Source of the DNA: a virus
Lineage: Duplodnaviria > Caudoviricetes
DNA: 52,860 nucleotides
Virus record (IMG/VR): IMGVR_UViG_3300020044_001825
Coordinates: 1-52,860 of that record
Direction: 5' to 3' (one strand)
How positions within the stretch are numbered: the stretch's first letter is position 1; each line of letters begins with the position of its first letter. The translations under genes and the position numbers were made by a program. The notes below the pieces were generated by a model, which worked only from the letters and a program-made list of their open reading frames with translations, made no database searches and had not been told where the DNA came from. Shown one piece after another: positions 37,223-46,106 of this stretch.

Positions 37223-37446
37223 ACTTTGTTCTCGTCCAGCTTATGGTCACCACACCAGTCATTCATATACACCGCTGGGTAACCACCCATGGTTGGGGCG
37301 TGTTTGCGGCAACGACCGACCTGAACAAGTGCATTGACGTCCGAGTTTGAAGTTCCAATACGTTGTTTCGGAACAAACCACATGCAGGTTTTGCAACTCA
37401 TGTTCTCTGAGCGATGTGCCCAAGGGTCTTTTTCAACTTCAATCAT
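37219..37446 (-). CDS. Small Cys-rich metal-binding protein
   Basis: CKTC...GRCRKHAP...DWCGDH. Confidence 0.7.
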   Translation of the reverse strand: MIEVEKDPWAHRSENMSCKTCMWFVPKQRIGTSNSDVNALVQVGRCRKHAPTMGGYPAVYMNDWCGDHKLDENKV

Positions 37447-38279
37447 AAAGCCTCGTAATTCTCACAGCCGGTACGCTGAGCGTCCATGCTGAGGGTTTCT
37501 TTGTTGAGTTCACACGTCCAAGTCCCTGCTGGGGTCGGAGTGGCCATAGAGCATGTGCGGCAGTGACGTAAGGGTTCAGCCTCACGGGTACAGACCGCTT
37601 TCATGCTACAGAATTTACATCCGAAGCTGCTACCGTCATCACTAATACCGGCGGGGCGCAGACGCGCCTCGGTCAGCTTGATGATTTTCTGTTGCAGTTT
37701 CTTTTGCTCGCTCTTGTCCTCTTTGACGCGCTCAACGTAGAACTGTTCATCGTCTTTGCAAACTGCGACGTAGAGGGCGCGGGTAAACCCGCCGAGCGCC
37801 ATGCTGATTTGAACCTGAGCATAGTGCAACGGCTTGGACTCCTGAATACCCTTCTTGACGACTCCGCTAAAGCTGTTCTTATTGTGCGTCTTGACTTCAA
37901 GCACGTGAGGCGTGTCGCAGTCTGGCACATCTTTGATGACTCCGTCCACCTTAGTGATAAAGTGACCGGTATCATCTATGAACTCAAACTGACGACCGTC
38001 CTCTTGTTTATCCCAGACGGCAAACCCTGCGCGGCGCAGATCAGCTACGATCCGCTCCTCCTGCAAGTGTCCCGTCTCAAACAGGCGAAGCATACGTCCC
38101 TCAAAACCTTCGCGGGCGAACCCACGCCAGTCAAGCCAGATTTGTCGTATGCATTCTTCGCCTATAAAAGACGAGCCAAGCCGCCCGAGGTAGAGGTCAG
38201 TTGACGACTTCTCTTTCTCAATAGCAGCGTAGACCCTGTTAATGATCTGCTGCTCTGGTCTGGGCGGTATGGCTACCAT
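37443..38279 (-). CDS. Cas4-like PD-(D/E)XK exonuclease
   Basis: ECIRQIW, VDG...LEVKT, HYAQVQ, and C-terminal CKFC...C plus CRTC clusters. Confidence 0.82.
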   Translation of the reverse strand: MVAIPPRPEQQIINRVYAAIEKEKSSTDLYLGRLGSSFIGEECIRQIWLDWRGFAREGFEGRMLRLFETGHLQEERIVADLRRAGFAVWDKQEDGRQFEFIDDTGHFITKVDGVIKDVPDCDTPHVLEVKTHNKNSFSGVVKKGIQESKPLHYAQVQISMALGGFTRALYVAVCKDDEQFYVERVKEDKSEQKKLQQKIIKLTEARLRPAGISDDGSSFGCKFCSMKAVCTREAEPLRHCRTCSMATPTPAGTWTCELNKETLSMDAQRTGCENYEAL

Positions 38280-38282
38280 GGC

Positions 38283-38783
38283 TCAATCCCAAGGGTTAGC
38301 GGACTTAGCGGCGGGGGCGGCGGGCTTAGGCGCGGCGGCTTTAGCCGGTGCAGCCTTAGCTGGCGTGGCGGCTTCCTGATTGAACATGAACGCCTTGATC
38401 TTGTTACTGTCAGCGTAGCCACCAGTACCCTTCTCAATCGTGACTGCCGCGCTGAAAGGCTTTTCAAGCAGCTTGTCAGTGTCGTCGGCTTCAGGCTTAC
38501 CGCAAGCAGCAGCCCACGCAACCAGCTGTTGACGACCGATACGCTGGGCTTTCTCGCTCGGGTTGTTGATGTTGAAGTTTTGCCAGATCCAACGACCGGT
38601 GAACTCACCCTTGACGACTTCAAATTTCGCCTTGATGTAAGAACCTGTACCGGCGCTGGTTGCTTTTTCCTCAGCGTCGATTGCTTTCAACACGTACTCG
38701 CCGTCAGGGATAGGATCGTACGAACCACCGGTAGAACCGGTGTCAGGGGTGACGTCAGAGACGTCGAAGCCAAATTTAGCCAT
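38283..38783 (-). CDS. DUF669-like ssDNA-binding protein
   Basis: YDPIPDGEY, GRWIWQNFNINN, low-complexity tail ending NPWD; next to the AAA ATPase. Confidence 0.75.
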   Translation of the reverse strand: MAKFGFDVSDVTPDTGSTGGSYDPIPDGEYVLKAIDAEEKATSAGTGSYIKAKFEVVKGEFTGRWIWQNFNINNPSEKAQRIGRQQLVAWAAACGKPEADDTDKLLEKPFSAAVTIEKGTGGYADSNKIKAFMFNQEAATPAKAAPAKAAAPKPAAPAAKSANPWD

Positions 38784-38799
38784 GATGATTTTCCTTAAG

Positions 38800-39540
38800 T
38801 TATTTAGAGATTGGGATCAGTTTTTCGATATTTTCGATTGTCATCTCAATATCGTCAGGACAGGTGTACCGGTTCTTAGCAGCGAACGCAGGGTTCTCAA
38901 CAAAGTGGAGCAAGCGCTCACCTGTCGTTACGCCTCGGTTCTTCTGGTTATTGAAACCGGAGTCAGACTTGCGAATGATCACCTTGAACGCAGCAAACGC
39001 GAGCACATCAGCCCACTCCTGCAGCAGCGCGTTGCAGCGGTTAGGCAGCTTAGGCTGGAAGCGGTCGTAGGGTTCAGTACGCGGGTCTTCAAACTTCACT
39101 ACGGCAGCGTGAGCGATCAGCACGACATTCATACGGCGCTTTACGCGCAGCACGTCTAAGCCCTGCAAGATCTCGCGGAACTCCTCAGCAACGAGCATCT
39201 GACCTTTACCGTAGGCAAGGTCTTTCGCATCATGTGAAGACTCCACGTTGCTCACGATGAGCGGCTCAATGAGCCAATCAACCGAGTCAATTACGACAGT
39301 CTTGAACTCATGCTCCTCTTTGATGAGGGTCTTGATGTTCTCGACCACGTCCTCAACCTTAGTTGCACGCGGGAAGCTGGTAACGTCTAACGAGTCTAGA
39401 CCGTCCTCAGTGCTGATGAAAATCGGCGCTGGGAACTTGCTAGCCAAAGTAGACTTACCGATACCGTGACCGCCGTAAATACAAATACGGGGCGGCACGT
39501 CCTGTTTGCCTTTTCTCAAGGCGTCTTGCCAGTTTGACAT
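38800..39540 (-). CDS. AAA_24/Sak4-like recombination ATPase
   Basis: Walker A YGGHGIGKST, Walker B VVIDSVDW, LIAH, AKNR. ATG at 39540 after GGAG. Confidence 0.82.
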   Translation of the reverse strand: MSNWQDALRKGKQDVPPRICIYGGHGIGKSTLASKFPAPIFISTEDGLDSLDVTSFPRATKVEDVVENIKTLIKEEHEFKTVVIDSVDWLIEPLIVSNVESSHDAKDLAYGKGQMLVAEEFREILQGLDVLRVKRRMNVVLIAHAAVVKFEDPRTEPYDRFQPKLPNRCNALLQEWADVLAFAAFKVIIRKSDSGFNNQKNRGVTTGERLLHFVENPAFAAKNRYTCPDDIEMTIENIEKLIPISK

Positions 39541-39559
39541 ATTTTTCTCCTTTCGTGGG

Positions 39560-39928
39560 TTAAAGCGGTTTGTCATCCGCTGCTTCAAAATCGTCGTAGT
39601 CGAGACCCATCTGACCAAAGTCCCAACGCTGAGGCATGTACGAGAACGAGTTACGATCCCAGCTCAGCACATTGATAATATCGTCCTGCTCGCTTGCAAT
39701 AACCATGCACACTGCGCACAGCGTGGGGTCACCCACCATCAGCAAGTGATCGCCGTTCTGCCATTCAGACATGACCCGACGCGCCTTAGCGATCATGGTT
39801 GTCGTATCATAAGGTTTACGCGGATTACCGAAGACTGCACGCAACGCGCCGTACTTCTTCGCGTCCGAGAGGTCTTTATTATTGTCTACTTGTACTACGT
39901 AGACAGTTCGTTGATTACCGTGTTCCAT
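39560..39928 (-). CDS. Hypothetical protein, 122 aa
   Basis: Between the polymerase and the ATPase; DLSDAKKYG, DHLLMVGDP. Confidence 0.7.
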   Translation of the reverse strand: MEHGNQRTVYVVQVDNNKDLSDAKKYGALRAVFGNPRKPYDTTTMIAKARRVMSEWQNGDHLLMVGDPTLCAVCMVIASEQDDIINVLSWDRNSFSYMPQRWDFGQMGLDYDDFEAADDKPL

Positions 39929-41756
39929 TTTTAGCTTTCCTAGTTTTCTTAGGTGGTGGTGCCACTAAAGCGATCTGCTCCGAAGTGAGATACTGCGAGC
40001 AGCCGACCGCTATGGCGATTTTTATCGCCTCTTTGTTGTACCAGTCATAATCTAAATCAGCTGGGTGTGTGGTTTTGTCAAGTAAAGTCATGCAGGCTTT
40101 TGCGCCCTCGGTCTTTGGAACCTTGTTGCCGTTTGACGCATACTTGATAGGCTCATTGTTAGCATCTGTTGATTGGTACCACCGCACAACTTTACCGAGG
40201 TAGACGCCGTTCTGCTGACCGCCGCCGGTAACATTTCGGGCGCTGATAAAGTCTGTAAACGGGGCAGATCTGATCGTGTCTTCAAATGGAGTACCGTCCG
40301 CCAGCCACGCCCCTACAGCGTCAGACGAGACCTGAGCCGTTGGGTTTTTCTTAAGAGATAGCGGCGCATAGATACCTTTCACTTTCAGTTTCCGGTCAGG
40401 TTTGACCGCAATGTAATTGTTGACGTCTTTGACAGCGAGGGCGCGATAGGGCGTGTATTCAAATGAGAAACCAGACACCTCGCTGAACTTGTTGACAACC
40501 TTCTCAACCAGCTCTTTCTGCTCCTTAGTATAACGAATCGCAATGCCGTCAGTGTTAGCTGACAGGGTCAAAGCCCCTGCTCGCTCAAGCCACTCAATCA
40601 ACATGAGCAGGGTGAACTGTCCTGTCAGCGTGACCGCCAACATTAAGTCCGGCGAGTACAACACCGAGTAACGGCTGGCGAGCTTGCCGAACGTGCCATT
40701 CAGCGAAATCTTCAGCGTTGCGTCGGTGATCTTGTCACCACTGCGCTTTGCCTCTAGGCGGCGCTCGTAAATTTTGCGGTACTCTTCAACGAAGCGCTTA
40801 CCTAACGCAACCGGCACAAAGCCGCACTCAAGAATGATACTCGGGTAGAACGAAGCCGCGTCAATGTCACACATGTGATCATCACCGGCGATGTGGCACA
40901 CCTGCCTATCATGTACGCTGTGAATACCGCCCACGCCGAGCTGGTACTCACCTGCGCCAAACTTGATTGTCCGCAGTCCGAGGAAGTCCGGAAGCTGAAC
41001 GTGTCCGGTAACGGGGTTCATGTTGAAAACGTGCTCAGAGACGCGATCAAGCAGACCCTGTAGCTCGGCATCCATAAACTTCAGGAAGGCAGGAGGCGTA
41101 TATCTGACCGTCTTGGGGATGTCATTCTCTTGACGCTTGAGACCCATGCTAGTAATGTACGCCTGCTCAGCCATCTGCGAGTCCGACTTGCTACGCATGT
41201 CAGCCCCGTAGCGGCGGCTCATCTCAACGCGCAGCATAAGCTCACCCTCAAGCTGATTCAACAGCTCGGCGGTGGTGTCAACGTCGTTATGACAATATTC
41301 AAGCAGCACTGGCTCTTGATCAGGGGTGATCATCTCGTCGTGGGCGATCGGCATGTCCTGCAACTTAGGCATGTGCATGCGAGCGCCATAGGCTTTCAGA
41401 CCTACGAATGACGGGGCGACCTCAATCAAGTCAATGTCATCAAGAATAACGTCACGTAAATTGTGCTTGCGCATCGCATTCCACGGCGACAGGCGATTAG
41501 TGATGATGTCATCAGCAATACGCTTGATCTCAATCTCAGTCCTGCCGAGGCAGAACGCCGCCACAACCGCGTTGTCAAACGACTTACTGTTGAACCCGAT
41601 AAAGGTGCTGTCAGCCTGCTGCACGAAGCGCGTGAGCCGAGCCGGTGCGTCGTCATCATGACGCCACAGGTCAAACCACTCGCCCGTCTCAATGTTCTTT
41701 GCGCAGAACAAAGTCCGGTTGGGCAGAGTTTCAGTATCAAACACCCAAGTGCCCAT
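39915..41756 (-). CDS. DNA polymerase, family B-like, with 3'-5' exonuclease
   Basis: Exo motifs FDTET, GFNSKSFD, YCHNDV. Pol motifs DIDAASFYPSII, KISLNGTFGK, SANTDGI. Start taken at ATG 41756. Confidence 0.88.
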   Translation of the reverse strand: MGTWVFDTETLPNRTLFCAKNIETGEWFDLWRHDDDAPARLTRFVQQADSTFIGFNSKSFDNAVVAAFCLGRTEIEIKRIADDIITNRLSPWNAMRKHNLRDVILDDIDLIEVAPSFVGLKAYGARMHMPKLQDMPIAHDEMITPDQEPVLLEYCHNDVDTTAELLNQLEGELMLRVEMSRRYGADMRSKSDSQMAEQAYITSMGLKRQENDIPKTVRYTPPAFLKFMDAELQGLLDRVSEHVFNMNPVTGHVQLPDFLGLRTIKFGAGEYQLGVGGIHSVHDRQVCHIAGDDHMCDIDAASFYPSIILECGFVPVALGKRFVEEYRKIYERRLEAKRSGDKITDATLKISLNGTFGKLASRYSVLYSPDLMLAVTLTGQFTLLMLIEWLERAGALTLSANTDGIAIRYTKEQKELVEKVVNKFSEVSGFSFEYTPYRALAVKDVNNYIAVKPDRKLKVKGIYAPLSLKKNPTAQVSSDAVGAWLADGTPFEDTIRSAPFTDFISARNVTGGGQQNGVYLGKVVRWYQSTDANNEPIKYASNGNKVPKTEGAKACMTLLDKTTHPADLDYDWYNKEAIKIAIAVGCSQYLTSEQIALVAPPPKKTRKAKNGTR

Positions 41757-41757
41757 T

Positions 41758-42027
41758 TCAGTCTTGATTGACATAGCCGCGAGTCGGCTCAGCGCCGTCA
41801 TTGCAGAGCGCATCAGCCTTACGCTGCTCGATCTCAATCAGCTTCTCAAGGAAGTGAACGGCTTTCTGCAAGTCTTGAATCGGGTTACCTTTGAGGTAGC
41901 AACGCTCAACGTACTTAGTAGCCGCGCCCTGAAAGTAATTGAGACCCAAGCGATTGACGCGATCCCAGTGTTCCTCGCCGCCGTGCTTGTAGTGATTACC
42001 GCCGACCTGTTTATCATTCGCGCTCAT
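41758..42027 (-). CDS. DUF3310 family protein (related to T7 gp1.7-type nucleotide kinases)
   Basis: QVGGNHYK...YFQGAATKYVERCYLKG...DLQKAVHFL. Confidence 0.8.
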   Translation of the reverse strand: MSANDKQVGGNHYKHGGEEHWDRVNRLGLNYFQGAATKYVERCYLKGNPIQDLQKAVHFLEKLIEIEQRKADALCNDGAEPTRGYVNQD

Positions 42028-42512
42028 GCTGCGTAGTCCTTAATCATGTTGAAAATTTCGCGCTCGCGACCGACCAGAATCAGCTCTTCCGCGTAGCTGA
42101 TGTAGCGGTCAAATACGCGGCGCATACGCTTGTTACCTAATGAGATCTCCCGAGCGCAAAACAGCGCCCCCTGAGCTACGTCAGCGAGCTTGAGAGTGCG
42201 CTTGTCTTCAGGCGAGAGGTGAGGCATGACGATTCCGGCAGCGGTCATAAGGCGCAGCTCTAATTCATCAACCTTACCGCCGATGCCGAACTCACGCTTA
42301 GCAGGGGAGGGGATGTCGCCGGTCTGGTGCTCGGCTAAATCATGAAAGAGCGCCGCCATCAGTAATTGACGACTCGCCATCGGGTCAAACATCAAGCACA
42401 ACATAGCGACGCCGTGCGAGTGGTGACCGACGGTCTCAGACACGAGCGTAGTTACGGTATGGTAGCGCTTGACTTCGCTTCCAGCCAGAATAAAATCGAG
42501 AGTATGTTTCAC
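42024..42512 (-). CDS. HD-domain nucleotide phosphohydrolase (YfbR-like)
   Basis: VKRYH, ETVGHHS, ALFHDLAE..TGDIPSP.K, LKLAD. GTG start after GGAG. Confidence 0.85.
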   Translation of the reverse strand: MKHTLDFILAGSEVKRYHTVTTLVSETVGHHSHGVAMLCLMFDPMASRQLLMAALFHDLAEHQTGDIPSPAKREFGIGGKVDELELRLMTAAGIVMPHLSPEDKRTLKLADVAQGALFCAREISLGNKRMRRVFDRYISYAEELILVGREREIFNMIKDYAA

Positions 42513-42544
42513 AAAAAGTTCTCCAGTTAGCAGTTATGTGAGCA

Positions 42545-42574
42545 ATTATAGCTCACATTTCTCACACAAAGCAA
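42545..42574 (-). promoter_or_regulatory. Sigma70-like promoter TTGCTT-18-TATAAT; -10 box flanked by an 8-bp inverted repeat
   Basis: ATGTGAGC 42536-43 and GCTCACAT 42551-58 bracket the -10 box. Confidence 0.7.
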
Positions 42575-42575
42575 A

Positions 42576-43613
42576 TTATTTTTTCTCAGCCTTTCGCAAC
42601 TCGTTCAGCTCGTCATCTTCCTCTTTGATCTTGCGTGCGTGGTCACGGCGGTCAATCCAATCAAATGCGGCGCGTTTCCAATCACTAGCGCGGATCTTAG
42701 CGGCGTAGCTACGACCGTCACCTGCGTGGATCTTACGTACGCGACTGATCATAGCCAGAGGGTGAGCCACGTGCTCAAAGAACGGGTTAGCATAATGAAT
42801 GCGCTCGTTGTACGGGTCGTGGCAGAACATCTCACACTCCGCTAGGAACAGCTTGTACTCGCCGTTGAGCATGATAGGTAAGGGGCGCACCTCACCTTTA
42901 CTGTAGAGGTCGTAGCTCTCTGCGTCAGGCGGTGAAGCCAAGTAATCTTTCGCATTGTAAAGCTCAGTGTACAAGTGGAAATTGTTGCTCACCTGACGGT
43001 ACACGCCCATATGCATACCGATAGCGGAAGCGACGAACTCCTGCACAAAACTGAAGTGAACCGCGTTAGCGCCGTACGCACCCCACCAGATGTCATTCGA
43101 CCGGTTATACACTGTCATGTTCAACCGGTTGTTACGCGTGTCAAATATCATCTGCGTGTTACACGCTTTGTCTTTGGTCTTCTTAGTGAGGTCGGCTTCG
43201 TCCCAGATTTGAACGACCGCCTGACGGGTTGCAGGGTCTCTGCGCAACAACTTGATAACCTCATCAAGCTGGTCACGTCCAAAGTGCTTACGCCAGCGGT
43301 AGCCATAAGCGGCGTTGAACGTCTTGCCGTCGTCGCTGAACTCGCCCATGCGCTTGTTGAACTGCTGCAGGAACGCCACATCGTTACGCCCTGCTAGCAT
43401 CCAGATTGACTCCATCAGGTGAAAGATCGGGTTAGCGTCGCGCCCCTTATGAAACAGCACACGCTCGAACGGGTACTTATAAACAGTGGTAACCGGCTCA
43501 GGGTACACGAGAGCGGGACCATTGCGGGTCTGCTCAGGTTGTAGGTTGAGCACTTTGAGCTTCCAGAATATCTCACTAAAAGCCTGATTGACGTTACGTA
43601 CGACTAATTCCAT
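42576..43613 (-). CDS. Thymidylate synthase homologue, probable dUMP hydroxymethylase
   Basis: AAYGYRW, TRQAV, catalytic Cys in DKACN, RSND...GAN (Asn, dUMP-type), NFHLY; adjacent to the 5-hmdU kinase gene. Confidence 0.82.
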   Translation of the reverse strand: MELVVRNVNQAFSEIFWKLKVLNLQPEQTRNGPALVYPEPVTTVYKYPFERVLFHKGRDANPIFHLMESIWMLAGRNDVAFLQQFNKRMGEFSDDGKTFNAAYGYRWRKHFGRDQLDEVIKLLRRDPATRQAVVQIWDEADLTKKTKDKACNTQMIFDTRNNRLNMTVYNRSNDIWWGAYGANAVHFSFVQEFVASAIGMHMGVYRQVSNNFHLYTELYNAKDYLASPPDAESYDLYSKGEVRPLPIMLNGEYKLFLAECEMFCHDPYNERIHYANPFFEHVAHPLAMISRVRKIHAGDGRSYAAKIRASDWKRAAFDWIDRRDHARKIKEEDDELNELRKAEKK

Positions 43614-44534
43614 TTAGAACTCCGTTTCTGGTTGGTAGGTTGTTTTAGGTTTACCCTCGCTGAGAACAGCTCGGCAGTATTTGCTGAATTCGCACATGCA
43701 GTTCTGCACATCATGCAGCGTCATGTCTACGATTTCTAATTTGTCAACGATCTCGCCATAGACGTTACTCAGCTCGGCGTTAAACTCTTTTTGCTTCCAC
43801 GTAGCGAACGGCGCTCTGCCGAGCAGGTAGTTGAGACCGCGTGAACTCCCTGGACCGATAGGCGCGTAGGTGTACAAATCTTCAACGTCCATTCCCGTGT
43901 AGGTCAAATCAGCAGCCACTTGACCGGCTATGAAAGTACTAATGCCGAAGCACTTGCTCAACTCGGCTACAAACTTCTCAATCGACATCACGCTATCAGC
44001 GTTCCACAACGCCGCTCTAACATTGTCGGCGTTCTCAATAGCGCTGCCGATGATGTACTTTGCGACTGCCTTAGACTTGTTGCCTCCTGGTTCCATCTTA
44101 GTCGGGTAGAGCATATACGCGCCGGAGTAGACCTTCTTACCGTCATTCTTGATGCGCTCAAGCGTATGCTCAAACATGTCAGCGTCAAAGTCTTCAGGGG
44201 CGCAGGGGATGACACCCTTTTTCATCAGCGCCTGTAGCGTGGGTGGCCAGTTGATCAGGCGGGCGATCAACAGCGTGAACCACAGGTGCTCGTCACCACT
44301 AGCGGTCGCTGGCTCAATCAGCTTGTCAATCACCCACTGCGAGACGCGGTCGTCGCTGCGGTGAATATTGGTGAATTTGTACTTAGCGAGCACGGGGTCT
44401 TTAGTCCACGGGGCGCTGTGACCGTTCTCACGGGCGAGGCGAATAGCCTCACGCTCCCAGATGAAGTAAAGCAGACCCCCCATCGAGCATACCGTCTCCG
44501 GTGTCGGCATAGGATAAGGGCAGTTGTCACGCAT
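43614..44534 (-). CDS. 5-hmdU DNA kinase (aGPT-Pplase1 family)
   Basis: WTKDPVLAKYKFTNIHRSDDRVS, FIAGQVAADL, GPGSSRGL, DVQNCMCEFSKY. Confidence 0.82.
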   Translation of the reverse strand: MRDNCPYPMPTPETVCSMGGLLYFIWEREAIRLARENGHSAPWTKDPVLAKYKFTNIHRSDDRVSQWVIDKLIEPATASGDEHLWFTLLIARLINWPPTLQALMKKGVIPCAPEDFDADMFEHTLERIKNDGKKVYSGAYMLYPTKMEPGGNKSKAVAKYIIGSAIENADNVRAALWNADSVMSIEKFVAELSKCFGISTFIAGQVAADLTYTGMDVEDLYTYAPIGPGSSRGLNYLLGRAPFATWKQKEFNAELSNVYGEIVDKLEIVDMTLHDVQNCMCEFSKYCRAVLSEGKPKTTYQPETEF

Positions 44535-45108
44535 TTTCGTTATCTTTCAAATAGGTTACAACGCCCGAGATAGGGTCTTGCCAATCTAGGAAACGCACGT
44601 CATAGCCGCCCGCCTCAGTTAGTATTTCGGCGCTCCTGTGACATTGGTCATACGCGGTGCGCATAGTCTTGTCAGGGTCAAATACTTTCTCATTACCCGC
44701 CGCCGCGCGACGAGCTAACACTCTCTCAAGGCAGACCTCCCAAGGGGTGTCCAAGAATGAGAATATCGCGCCATGGTCTTTCAGTATCGGAGCCACATGA
44801 CCGCCGCTGCTTGACTTGCTCATCAGCAACCCTTCAACGAGCACATGACCATGACCATGCGCCTTTACCACGCGATCAGCGATCTCCTCTTGCGTCTTGA
44901 TCCCGTCTGCGCCGCCGCATGTGTTTTCGTAGCTACCTACTACAAACACAGGAGTCATAATACCCCAAGCAGAGGCGTCTACTTTGTAACCCAACGGGCG
45001 GTCAGGTTTACCACCCAGCGCCTGAGTCGGTAGCTTAGTGAGAAAGCGCCGCACGATTGTGGTCTTGCCAGAACCATTACAGCCGCGAATGTTGACAATC
45101 TGGGTCAT
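44527..45108 (-). CDS. P-loop nucleotide kinase of the base-modification cluster
   Basis: NIRGCNGSGKTT Walker A, GGADGI, VLVEG, FLDTPWEVCLERVLARR lid. Confidence 0.78.
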   Translation of the reverse strand: MTQIVNIRGCNGSGKTTIVRRFLTKLPTQALGGKPDRPLGYKVDASAWGIMTPVFVVGSYENTCGGADGIKTQEEIADRVVKAHGHGHVLVEGLLMSKSSSGGHVAPILKDHGAIFSFLDTPWEVCLERVLARRAAAGNEKVFDPDKTMRTAYDQCHRSAEILTEAGGYDVRFLDWQDPISGVVTYLKDNENA

Positions 45109-46106
45109 AGGAAGTACTCCGCTCTATAGGGTGAACCGGTCTCAGGGAACACAGCGGCTTTCTGCTTCACAGTCATAGGTGAACTCTCGCATTCAACACG
45201 CAGCCAGTCGGGCAGCAGTTGAGACCGCATGTCTTTGAACACGTCGGTGTATGCGTCTTGACCGCGTAGATCAGCCCACTCAATACGCTCTTGTGCCATG
45301 TCAGCGTAAACTCCTGGGTACCGACGACCGAAGAAATGATTCTTGAAGGTGCACAGGTTTGACTCCATAGTGAAGCGACCCGCATTAGGCGCGTCAGGGT
45401 GAGCAGCTTTGAAGTCATCAATGACCTTGTCAGCTCCCGCCGCGAGGAAGCCGCACATCAAGTTGAATTTAGGGTAATTGCCGTCCTGCCCGTTAGGTAG
45501 GCGCTTGTCCCAGACCAGCTCATCTTTGCCAATCAAGAACAGCATCCCGTTGCGGTGTGACTTGCTACCTGACTTGTCACTGAACAGCAGGTCATCACAG
45601 TCAGCGCCGTAGCCGTTCAGGTGTACGTACTCTAGGTAGCTGAACGATGACAGGCGACCGAAGCTATGATAGCGGTTACGTACGATGTCCCACAGCGCCT
45701 CGTAGGGCTTACCAGTCAGCATCGCCTCTTGAGAGCCGAACTCCTCTACCAACTTAGCGTAAGCCTTGATAGCGGGCAGCGTGTCTTTCTTTTGATACCG
45801 GCGGTCGGTGTCAAACTGAAGCGTGTCCCACTCGGCGTTGAACCATTCTTCAAACTTAGTCAGCGCGGCGCTAGCTGGAGGAACCATCGGCAGCTGATCA
45901 AATATGCGCAGCGACGTGATTGGGTTTTGAGTCATGCCGTTCAAGAATGCGAACCAGAGCTTCTGCTCGGCGTTCCACTTGTAGCGGCGAGCGAGTTCAG
46001 GCATATACAGGTAGACGAGTCCTGGCATTACCCCGTGCTCAAGGTTCATCTTGTAAAGCGCGGTGAAATACTCTGACCGGTTTTCCGGCAGGCGGTAATC
46101 TTTCAT
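45105..46106 (-). CDS. Amino acid:DNA transferase (aGPT-Pplase2 family, HhH-glycosylase-like fold)
   Basis: FDTDRRYQK, FGRLSSFSYLE, SKSHRNG, ESNLCTFK, RRYPGVYAD; supported by cluster context. Confidence 0.75.
   Translation of the reverse strand: MKDYRLPENRSEYFTALYKMNLEHGVMPGLVYLYMPELARRYKWNAEQKLWFAFLNGMTQNPITSLRIFDQLPMVPPASAALTKFEEWFNAEWDTLQFDTDRRYQKKDTLPAIKAYAKLVEEFGSQEAMLTGKPYEALWDIVRNRYHSFGRLSSFSYLEYVHLNGYGADCDDLLFSDKSGSKSHRNGMLFLIGKDELVWDKRLPNGQDGNYPKFNLMCGFLAAGADKVIDDFKAAHPDAPNAGRFTMESNLCTFKNHFFGRRYPGVYADMAQERIEWADLRGQDAYTDVFKDMRSQLLPDWLRVECESSPMTVKQKAAVFPETGSPYRAEYFL

Noticed and set aside
37443-38279. Cas4-like nuclease as evidence of a CRISPR-Cas system
   Set aside because: No array and no other cas genes. 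It sits in the usual phage exonuclease-SSB-Sak4 recombination module.
42024-42512. HD protein as DatZ indicating a 2-aminoadenine genome
   Set aside because: No PurZ in the window, and the neighbouring genes point to thymidine modification.
42576-43613. dCMP hydroxymethylase (T4-like hmC pathway)
   Set aside because: Asn rather than Asp at the apparent specificity position after RSND, no glucosyltransferase, and a 5-hmdU kinase is adjacent.
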